Source of the DNA: Vicugna vicugna
Taxonomy: Eukaryota
Reading direction: 5' to 3'
Length of the DNA stretch: 64,000 nt
NCBI GenBank assembly: GCA_013265495.1
Contig: MU058528.1
Location: 248,001-312,000, forward strand
Under the pieces are notes generated by a model that saw nothing but the letters and a program-made list of their open reading frames with translations, was not told the DNA's origin and did no database searches. Positions 37,641 to 48,310 of the stretch are shown in pieces. A program made the position numbers and the translations under genes. The first letter of the stretch is position 1. Each line of letters begins with the position of its first letter.

Positions 37641-39134
37641 TTTTTTAAAAAGAAAGAATACTGCTAAAAAGCCTAAGGAATGCAGATTCAAGTCTCCACT
37701 ACACATCGAATAGCAAACAAACAGTAAACATTTGCCCAAGTTAATACTGGGCAAATGTTTGAGTCTGAGTTTCCTCATCTATAAAGATAGGATTTGAAGG
37801 AATCCTCTAACTCAAGTTCTTAGTTGTTGTGAGATATTCAGTGTTTTCAACCTGGCTGTGATGATCTTGAAAGCCAGAAGAATAAAATTCCTCTTGAGAA
37901 AGATATATTATATTCTGATTATCATATATGAGCCTCTCAGGGGTTTATCACATTTGGACCTGTCTCATTTACTCATATCTTACTCAATATTTTCATATTA
38001 GATCATAAGTCATTCATCATGATTTGCTATTTTAAGATTTCATTTCCCTGTGACCTAAGAGGAATTTCAAATATCTATGCTTATTCTGACCATGGATTTA
38101 TACTGACACTAAATGGAGGTGGTTTGAGTTACGAACACATGAATGTGGCTAAAGTGTATATTGAGTGGTTTACTTCAGGTACTAGAGGTATTGTGGGAAG
38201 TTATAATTAATAACAAATTAATAAAAGGAATTGAAAAATTACGAAGCCCAAAGGGATAGTGTAGCTGTCACATTGAAGGGCTTTTGCTTTACTTGCAGAT
38301 TAATTTCTGACACCATCTATAAATCACAAGGCTTTGTTTATGCATAATGTCTGAAGACAAACTCTATTTTATGAAATGGTTTAACAGGCTATTTGGTTTT
38401 TGTAAAAGAATGTTGGAATCTAGCCCAAAATTATTTGGGGATGTTATCACTTGAAGTAAGGAAAGTATTTTATCCTGTGATTTCAGGAAACCAAGAAATA
38501 ATTTTGCATAACTTGCTTCTAGTCTAAATACACAATTAATAAAAGTTAACTGTGTTTTGATGAAACACAATACATATGACAAAGCAAATTCTCTCTAGTT
38601 GTCCCTAAGATCTTTAAAAATATATGGAATATACATAGAAAAGCAATGGCAAGTTGGGGATGTAATTTAGGTTCTTAGACAATAGGTAAATAATTTCATA
38701 ATAATAAAAAATTGATCTTTCTTTTATAGATCTTTCTGTCAAGCTACTAAGCCAAAATCTCTATTGTGGAATCCTTCAATGATCAAAATCACATTTCATA
38801 TATTTGTTAAAAAAATGAATTAATGTTGCAGACAGGCTATTAATCAGCTGAGTTGTGAACATTCTGTTCTAACTTTCCCCATAAACCAAAAGTATTGTGT
38901 CATGCTAACATTTTGTGGCTTGAACATAAAGTTGACAAAAGTCAACTTTAATGGCTTTTCCCACTCTAAAATAATGTCTAGGCTCAATCTGTTGTTTAAA
39001 AAAATCCAGAGTGTCAAAGTAATATATGCCTCATGTTTTTGACCATTTTGTATTTTCCCATTGAACATAGTTTCACCGGAATCTAAGTTAGGTTTCTAAA
39101 TGTTTGATTTGGTTTCTGATGATGTTTTGTTTTC

Positions 39135-40100
39135 AAGTGGCCCTAGTGTTTGTGTTGTGGGGTTTCCAGGGGGAGAGGAGAAGGGGTGGGGACCTGTGAA
39201 AATTTGGGGGAGATGGTGGCTGAGGGCTTCTCTGACTTGAGAAAGACAGCAGTCACCCAGGTCCAGGAAGTGCAGAGAGTTCTGCACAGGATCAGCCCAG
39301 GGAGGAGCACACCGGGGCACCCTGTGGTCAAGTTGACAGGAACTGAGTGCAGGGAGAGGATGTTGGAATCAGCAAGAGAAGGGCAACGGATGGCATGTGG
39401 GGGAGCTCCCATGGGGCCGTTGGCTGACTTTTCAGCAGAAACTCTGCAGGCCAGAAGGGAATGGCATGATATATTTAGGGTGACGAAAGGGGAAAACTTT
39501 CAGCCAAGGATGCTCTGTTCAGCAGGGCTCTTGTTCAGATTTGATGGAGAAATCAAAGACTTCACAGATAAACAAGAGTTAGGAGAATTCAGCACCACCA
39601 AACCAGCTTTGCAGCAGGTGTTAAAGGAACTTCTCTGGTCATCAGGCCACAGGAGGGGAGAACAGAAAGAGGAAAGAGAAAAAAGGACCTACAAAAACAA
39701 GCCCCAAACAATTAACAAAATGGCAGTAAGAACATATGTATCGATAATTACCTTACATGTAAGTGGATTAAACTCTCCAACCAAAAAGACCTACAAAAAC
39801 AAGCCCCAAACAATTAACAAAATGGCAGTAAGAACATATGTATCGATAATTACCTTACATGTAAGTGGATTAAACTCTCCAACCAAAAGACATAGACTGG
39901 CTGAATGGATCCAAAAAGAAGACCCATATATATGCTGTCTACAAGAGACCCACTTCAGATCTAGAATCACATGCAGGCTGAAAGTGAGGGGATGAAAAAA
40001 GATATTATATGCAAACAGAAACCAAAAGGAAGCTGGAGTAGCAATACTTAGACAAAATCGATTTTAAAATGAAGACTGTTACAAGAAGGATACTACATAA
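39135..40100 (+). mobile_element. Internal L1 fragment (ORF1 RRM/CTD region, spacer, ORF2 endonuclease N-terminus), A->G hypermutated, with a 102-bp tandem duplication; non-functional
   Basis: ORF 39150-39995 contains L1 ORF1 motifs (QVQEVQRV, ADFSAETLQARREWHDIF, FSTTKPALQQVLKELL) and the ORF2 start (MAVRTYVSIITLHVSGLNSPTKRHRLAEWIQKEDPYICCLQETHF). Confidence 0.93.
39686..39888 (+). repeat. Two-copy tandem duplication, period 102 bp
   Basis: 39686-39787 and 39788-39888 are identical apart from the length of the terminal A-run; the peptide TYKNKPQTINKMAVRTYVSIITLHVSGLNSPTK is repeated. Confidence 0.95.
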
Positions 40101-41504
40101 TCTTTATGTCAAAGATTCAGAGCCATGAGGGCTTTAGCAAGGGTCTAATATAACATTTTAGTTTTACATATGCAAAAAAGGAGCTCTCTATCCATAGGAT
40201 CTAGCTTAGTGGAAAAGGAAAAATTGCTCCCCCATAAGTGGGCTCAAAGGCGCTGGTAGCTTGCATGTATAAACCTGGGCTGGTTCTTGACGAGAGCAGA
40301 GCACAGCACAGCATGTATAGTTGATTATATATGTGTGTATGTGTATAACAAGATTCTTACTATATTTTTTGGTTAGACTTCTCTACATTTGAGGGAGTCC
40401 ATAGCCCACTCTCTCTTTTCTGCTTACGGCCAAAACTGCACTCTGAGACATCTGTGACTTCTGTTCCCCAGCATAGCCTGTCCTTTGCTTTTATTTTTGA
40501 TTCAAATAGAAAATGGATGCTTTTTGACTCAGCTTTTCACTGTAGCCCTATTTCTTCTAGTTGTTCTGTTTGTGGTCAACTTTGGTTGGCCATCTCAAAG
40601 AGCTGTGGGCTCCAGCTATTGTCTGTCGATCACATACATAAAACTCAGCTCAGCTGAGAGGCTGGAAGCTTTGTCTCAGCACCAGCAACACTCCATGTGT
40701 CTGGTTTATGTTCCCTGGGTAATTATTTTTGTCTTGCTATTTGTTGTTGATGTGGTTTCTAGGTGACCCTAATGAAAATGTGCAGGAAGTTGTGTGTGAT
40801 GTTGTTGACAGTTCCAAGCCTAACAACTGTTTAATAGAATAGATGTCTGACTTTGTCTGGTGCCTGATGCTTTTGTTGTGGTTTAGTCTCCCATTGACTG
40901 GATGGTATTGTGTTATTCATAACAGACACACAATTTGGTCTCTGCTTCTGGGAACTAATGCCATCTAATTCACAGAGCTTAAAAGGACGCAGGACCACTC
41001 TCAGAATGTCTGGAAAGGCAGTGAAGTTTTCCTTAGCGCTCTCAGATTTTGAATCATTTCCTTTTTTTTTTCCTCCTTGATGGTCCACATCCTAATCTCA
41101 TACCCTTCATTCATACTAAAATGAATAATGTTCCCCAAACAATGTAAAAGACTAGCCTTAGTAAAGTTAATTGAATTTTAACACTCATCTAATCTCAAAC
41201 AAACAGGAATAAGTTGGAATATTTGAATTTCAAATATCAATAACAGAGGAATAATTTTACACAGTGGAGTCTTCTCTTTATTACTTCCTAGTGGCTCACA
41301 TGGCTATTGACCTTGATATGATTTTTTAACAAACAGGTTCACAGTATGTTAATTTGTGTATGTCCTTTAAGTAACTCCGGTTAGAACTATGCAGCTCGCT
41401 AACAGTAAGGAAGGTTGTCCATCCCTGCATTAGTAACTATGCTCAGGTGGATAAGTAGATTAATATCAAAAGAAGTTATCACAGCATCTGACTTGTGGCC
41501 AAGG

Positions 41505-41610
41505 ATTTTTTTTCCAGTTTTATTGAGATGTGATGGATATAAAATACTGTGTACATTCAAAGTGTGTAAGTGGTGATTTGATACACATATATATTGTGAA
41601 ATTATCAAAG
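41505..41610 (-). mobile_element. Short L1MA-type 3' tail
   Basis: 'tttttttccagttttattgagatgtgatggatataaaatactgtgtacattcaaagtgtg...gatttgatacacatatatattgtgaaattatca'. Confidence 0.75.
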
Positions 41611-41713
41611 TACGCTTTTGATTATTGGTATCTTTTGGGTATTTATGGCATATATAGCCCAGGAGAGAAGATAGAGGGTTTTAAACTTACTTGAATGCTT
41701 TTGAGTACCATAT

Positions 41714-42186
41714 TGTATTAGTTACCAATCACTATGTGACAAATAACCCCACAAGTTAGTGACTTAAAAACAGCAGGCATTTATTAAATCACAGTTTCTG
41801 TTAGTCGGGGGTTTGAGAGTGGCTTAGCTGAGGTTCTGGTGCAGATTTATCATGAGTCTGCAGTCAGCCTGTCAGCTGGGGCTGCGGTCATCTGAAGATT
41901 TGGCTGTTGTGACTTCTAAGATGTCTCACTCACATGGCTTTTTGTAAGAGGGCTTGAGTGTGTTTAAAACATGACAGCTGGCTTCCCTCAGAGGGAGTGG
42001 TCCAAGAGAAAGAACAGGAAGGACCCTCAGTGACTTATGACCTAATTGTAGTGCATCAAGTCCGCCACATTTAGTTTTTAGATGTTAATCACTCAGTTTA
42101 GTCCACTGTCCAAGAGAGGGGGTTTAAGCTCCACCTCTTGAAGAAAGGAGTGTAAAGAATGTGTGAACATATTTTTAAAACCTACC
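41714..42186 (-). mobile_element. MaLR solo LTR (MLT1F-like)
   Basis: 'tgtattagttacc...gtgacaaataaccccacaagttagtgacttaaaaacagc...ctccacctcttgaagaaaggagtgtaaagaatgtgtgaacatatttttaaaacctacca'. Confidence 0.82.
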
Positions 42187-45100
42187 AGACAAGTGGAAAG
42201 GAAAGGAGGAGGGTGCTGAAGAAATCATCCAATATAATTAAGCCACTAGGGATCCAGCTTCATTTTGAAAAGTCCCTGTTTCTATTTCTCCTATTACCTG
42301 GGAAGTATCTTCTCTTGAATTCTGGGGCGACTGATCTGTATCTGGTTGCTACAGGTCTTGTCTTAATAAAGCCTGTTTAGGTCATGTGAGCCCACAGAAA
42401 TTAATGCTTATTCTTTTCTCGTTCCAGAGCATCATGTATTAAATATGACCCTCCTATTGTTTCACAGAGTTTCAGCAAAGGCTTCGAAGCTGGGAACAAT
42501 GGATTTTAAGTGGTCTCTTGTTCTGAAGACCAGTACTACATTTCCGCAGGAGTTGCTAGAAGGAAAATTAAATATTATCTTAGACCCTTAGCCCATGTTA
42601 CATGAGATGATAAATTTGGAGTAGAGGGATCTGATGGAGAAGAAAGATGGTTTTAAAAGGATTCATTGTCCTAGCCAGGAGGGAGCTGTTTTCCTCTGAC
42701 TAAGCTAAGTGGGGTGGCTGTCTGTTCAAGGGTGAAGGGAAACTGACCTCTACCCTTTGGCTGGTTGCTGGCTGATAAGCAGAAATGAGTAGGCTACTGG
42801 AATGAAGTGGATTAGCAAGTTCTTGAGTGATGTTGATCCATTTACCCTGTTTTCAATGGGCAGCAGGCACATATCTGATTTTCACATGGAAAAAAATCTA
42901 AAATATGAGAAGCTGCCCCAGACTGCTGCTGAAAATCCATGAGGAGAAAGACTACAGTCAGAGAAGCTGACTCCCCCAATGAGGGGGCAGGGGTGTATTT
43001 CTTTGAGCCACAGAAGGTGCTGTGGAGATGATGTCTAGGAGGACAAGGTGAACCACAAGTGGAAGATATATGGAGTGCCATCAGGACTGTGAAGTTATCC
43101 AGAGAGAATATCACCCACATTTATAAATGGTGTAATGTTGAAGGTTTCTAAGGGGACACCCTTTAAAGAGAGAGCCAACATTTGGGCATTTTCCGTGACA
43201 GAGACTTTCGAACAACCAAGAGAGAACTACAAAAGGCAACTACTAATTTAAAAAAACTTTCCCTTTTAATGTTCATGCCCATTCCCATCTCCAGTCTTAC
43301 ACAAGCCAGAAGCAAAACAGTGAATCAGGGATGAAGATGGAAGAGCAAGGTGAAGACACAGTGAATGATCAAACCATGCCCTTACTTCCAACTATTGTGA
43401 AACTGAGAATCAGGTTTAAGTGAGGGTGGAAAGAAGACGCTTAAAAAATTGGGTGAGAAGGGATGCTTTTAATTGGATTAAACTAGAAAGGAAATGGTGG
43501 GAAAGGAGACTGTTCTAATGCCTGAAAGTAATCAAAAAGCTATGGAATCTGCGTGAGACGTGGCCAAGGGGCAGGGGAAGGAAATGATGACAGAATAGGT
43601 TTGAAGAGAACTTTGTGAAAAAAATAAAAATGTTTCCTACTAATACTCTTTGGCCCATTCAATAAATCAATTGTATAAGAGCTTGTTGAGCATGATATGT
43701 TCTGTGGCATGTTGGATGCCTTCCCAGGTGGTCATCAAATGATGATAAATGGAGCAATGTATCTCCATTCCCACTGAGTAATCTTCCTGTGAAGTCTGTG
43801 GAATGACATGGTAAATCAAGAGGCTCAAGCAAAGTGATGCCAAGGGGCAAGGTGGTTACGAGCAAGAGGGAAGAGGACTAGCAGAATGTTGGCTGACGAG
43901 TGGCTGCATGCACACTGGAGTGTCCTAAATGTGGCCTCACCAGTCAGAAGTGAACAGAAGACATGGCAAGAAATGATGACAAGTCAATAGGCAACAGCCT
44001 GAATGCTTTTCTAGACACCATAAGCATGCATATTTGTACTTTAGTTATTTCTGATTTGTTTCAGAATTTAGAATCTTTTAATCCTTTCAATATTATTACC
44101 GTCAATTTCTGGTATTTGAAAATGTACCTGGAACCACTGTGGTAGATAACAAAGGTCAAATGATGTCCAATGTTAAGTGATGTTCAAGAGGAAAGTACAG
44201 TTAAAAAATGATGATGACAATGATGGTAATAGTAGCAATAATAATAATAAATGCCGAACTTATAACAGTTCTGTGTGGTTCTAAGTCTTTTAAATATGTT
44301 AACTCATTTATTTGGATACACTTTTCTGGTCATAATATTGGCAAAATTGTTCTCAAGTTTTTAATGTATCTGATTTTATTTAATATTTGCTCTATATACT
44401 AGGCATCCCATTTAAGCATAACTAGTTAGAAATACTGTTTTCATTACTTTTCAGAAGTGATGTGTGATGGCCCTAATTACGTAATTTGGAAAGCTAGGCT
44501 TTAATTTTAGCTTTCAGAAACACTATCTGTGATACAAATTGACATGCAAACTATGACAAAAAACTGTTCCTGCTCAAGTTTTTTTTTTTAAGTGCCATAT
44601 AAGGAATATTTTTTCCACAGGGAAAAGAGAGAATAATTTTTTTTTCTTGCTTAGTACAATTTTGCATGAAGAGCTTCTTTTAAATATTTGAGAGAGACTT
44701 TTCGCCCAGGGGAGGTATTGTTTAATTTGTGGTTTGTGACTCATTTATTTCAACTAAACATACTCTAATATCAGTATTAAATGTGCTCTTAAATGATACG
44801 TCTTTTGTTACCATATGTGGTGGTTTACTGTATGTACTAGTTATTTAAAACAGATATAAATTTAAAAAAGCATGTGAAAGTAAAACAAGATTTGTTTGGT
44901 GGAGGAGTAGGGTTTCTCTAGAATAGAGAATACAGGGACCAAATGGAAATGTACCTGCTTCACTGCTTGTGGTTTCTGTTCTTGGCCATGCTGGCTTACC
45001 GTTTTATGGTTACCAGATTTATATCCTTTGGAATTATGGACATTGGATCAAATTCTCATGTAGGAAAACAGTCCAAGGTGACATTAAATGAACATGTGAT

Positions 45101-45341
45101 TTGAACAACTTACAATTTTCATGCAGGTTTGGATCACCAAAGTAAAAATATTTCTCATAAAATGCTGTAAATTTGCTAAAATTTAACACAAGCCCACTAT
45201 GGTGTAATAATATAAAGAAACTCTGTTTACTTAAAAAAAATTCTGAAATATCTTTTCTGGATTTTATTTTAAACAGTTTCTAGACAGAAACATCTCATAG
45301 ATACAAAAGTGTATCAGCAGTTCAATTCAGGGGGTACTTTT

Positions 45342-45427
45342 TATTTACTTATTAATTTTTAATTAATTAATTTTTATTGAAATGTAGTCAGTTACAATGC
45401 ATCAATTTCTGATGTACAGCATAATAT
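45342..45427 (-). mobile_element. Tiny camelid-type L1 3' tail with a degenerate TSD
   Basis: 'ttattgaaatgtagtcagttacaatgcatcaatttctgatgtacagcataat'; flanks 'tcagggggtactttt' and 'tcaaggggttatttt'. Confidence 0.75.
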
Positions 45428-45589
45428 ATCAAGGGGTTATTTTTAAATAAATGTCTAACACGGTTACATTTTCAGAGAAGGTTGTTATTAAAGTTACAGA
45501 ATTGCAAAGTTGGAAGACTCTTAGATAATTTACATCCACTATGTCAGGATACTTTTTCTCAGATTAGTCATAATTGATCCAGTAAATCA

Positions 45590-46192
45590 ATCTATCAGTT
45601 TGTTAGAACTTTCTATTGCTATACAACAGAGTATAATAAACTTAGAGGCTTAAAATAACACCTATTTCTTGTCTCACAGTTGAGTTAGGTCAGAAATCTG
45701 ATTACAGTGCAACTAGATTCTCTGCTCGGGGTTTCACTAGGCTGAAATCAAGGTCTTATCCATGGAGCTGCCATTCTTATTTGAGGATTGAGACCTCTAA
45801 CAGGTTCATTGGTTGCAGGCAGAATTCATTTCCTTGTGGGTGTAGGACTGAGCTCCATTGTCTGCTAACTGTAAACCAGGGATGACTCTCAGTTTAGAAG
45901 CTGCCCTGAGGCCCTGCTACGTGGCCTCCTTAATCTTCAAGTCAGCAATGGTGCTTCAAATCTCTGACTTTCCCTTCTGCAAACATCCTGAGAGTACTCT
46001 GCTTTTAAAGGGACCATGTGGTTAGGTCATGCTCTTCTGGATAATCTCCTTTGGTAACACCATGTTAACATGATCAGCGGGGTGATGTCTCATCCTCTTC
46101 ACAAATTCTGCTCATGCTTAAGGGGAAGAGGTTTTATGAGATCATGGGGTCATTTTGGGACGGGAAGTTAACTTAGAACTTTGCCTACCACA
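45590..46192 (-). mobile_element. MaLR solo LTR (MLT1E-like)
   Basis: 'aaacttagaggcttaaaataacacctatttcttgtctcacagtt', 'ggcagaattcatttccttgtgggtgtaggactgag' and an end at 'cttagaactttgcctaccaca'. Confidence 0.82.
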
Positions 46193-47664
46193 CTTCTGTG
46201 TATACACCAGTGATTACAACTTTGTATTCTGCAAGACTTTATATATCAGGAAATCTGCATTCTAGAAAGTGGCCAGGAGCTCTGGCTTGTCAAGTTATTA
46301 CCGTGCATTCCCACTTGATTATATTTTCACCTTCCTGATGTTAAAGTGCTGCTGGGGAGCTAGACAGCACTCCCTCTCCCTTACTTCTGGCTTATTGGTG
46401 CTAATGTTCCATGCTTAATAGTCTCCTCTGCCTCTCTCATTCCCACACCTCAAGGGCCGTGGCAAGTAGACATGTTCTAGTTCCATAGTATTTAAAATAA
46501 AGTACTTGCATTTTATAAGGTGATTTTTGGTTTATAAATTAGTATAGAAACACTAAATTGGTCTCCTCCCCTTTTTCTTGTAATGAAGCAACAGTATTTG
46601 TCCCTTGGCCTTTTAGGTTTCTGAGAAGAGCACAAATCTGACATTTCCTGACATGAGCTTGCCCAGCGACAATACATGCTCATTCATTCCTGTTAATGAC
46701 CCCATATTTTAGTGAAAGATGAATTTTTGTTTACATGTAGGATTTGCTTCAATTTTTCACACTTGTTTCTAAGACTGTGCATAGGTTGGTGGGGATTACT
46801 GTACATAAGGGGTTTATATTTACACTCTTTTCTGGCCTATAGTTATTAGAAAGACCAACTTGCCAAGGTTTTTCTTGATGCGGTCAGACAAATGCATCTG
46901 AATATTTTCCATCAAGTGGGAGGTAGAGGAGCAAGCATGGATTTTCTCTTTATAGCACTTCTGACAAGAGGCTTTTGGAATAAAGTTCATGTATTCCTTC
47001 TCCAACTTGGTAACCACAACATCTGTTTGTCTCCATTGGCTTTTGGCCATTGATCTACTGTCTCCTGTAGAAGACACCCACGATCCCTCAGAAGACCAGA
47101 TAATGATGAGAAACAAGCAGCTCTCAAGTGGTTTTAGTCATGGAATGAGTCACAGAGACAGCATGGCCTGATTATGTCATTTAAAGGCATTGAAGAGGGG
47201 CTTGATTTTATGTTTTTTTCTGATTTGTGGGATTGAATTATTAATAGTAGCTATTTATGTAGAAAAGGAAAAGTCAAGGGATTTAAACTGAAACCCAGCA
47301 AACACATTTCTTACTTCTTTGATAGAGTACAGGATGTGTAGATTTACTTTTTGACCAAAAGAACCACCAATAAGAATTTATTTGACTTTTATAAATTTAG
47401 GGAATGAATATTTAACTAAAATTAATATGTTTGTGTAAACATAAAAAAATCAAATCATTATTTTCCAAGTTAAGTAAAAAACGATGTTTCCATTATGTAA
47501 CTACAACGCTCATAACTTTGCCACAAAGTTATTGTGATTTGCACCTGCTAGACAGAACAAGGAGAAATTGAGGAGAGGCCATTGCACTCAACATGGGTGG
47601 TATCAGGTTCTTCCAGCAACTACCTGCTGCCTCCAAGCTATACTTTGATTAAGGATGCTTTTGG

Positions 47665-48310
47665 TGTTGGAAGTGCTAGAGCAGGCAGATAGTTAGATAT
47701 GAGCAGAGAAAAGGGGACACAGGCCAAATGGCAGGAATGGGGCAGAAAGGAGGGGCACAGACCAAGGACAGGAAACCATACATTATGTAAGCACCAGGGG
47801 TCCCTGGGCAGAGAAAGAAAAGCAGGCTGATAAGTGGTCACACCTTTTAGGGTGATGAGTGGCCTGGAAGCAGACAAAGAGAGGTGAGAAAAGGCAAGAA
47901 TCTCCAGTGTCTGAATGTAACCTTTTGCTTATTATGCCCTCATTTCAATAAAATTAGCCTTGCAGATCAGAAGTACCCATCATGCACTGACCCCATGACC
48001 CTTCCCATCCAGACTAAATAAGGACAAAAATTCAGAAAGGTGGAGCTGGGATGAAAATCAGAGAATATGACCCAAAACCGTTCCCTCCCTGGTGAATATT
48101 CTGTCCTCTCATTTTTATACTCTATGTAACCAACCTGCCAAAAAAAAAAAAAACAAAACTCCAGGAAGCTGCTCACACGAGCCAACCCACTCTCCCCTTG
48201 AGAGTGTACTATCCATCCCTTAATAAATCCCCACTTTTGTTTCTTTACCTCTGTGTCTTGTCTCTGACTTCTTTGTGGGACGGGACAAGAACCTACATCT
48301 ACCAGCAACA
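47665..48310 (+). mobile_element. Probable endogenous retrovirus solo LTR
   Basis: TGTTG...CAACA termini; 'gagagtgtactatccatcccttaataaatcc' poly(A) region followed by U5-like 'ttgtctctgacttctttgtgggacgggacaagaacc'. The 5' boundary is uncertain and there is no clean TSD. Confidence 0.65.

Noticed and set aside
39686..39888. Direct repeats (here and at 53854-53928) as a CRISPR-like array
   Set aside because: Only two copies each, no spacer series, and the context is mammalian.
39150..39995. Longest ORF (281 aa) as a host protein-coding gene
   Set aside because: It is L1 ORF1/ORF2-derived, starts at a non-ATG codon and shows no splice or promoter evidence; reported as a mobile element instead.
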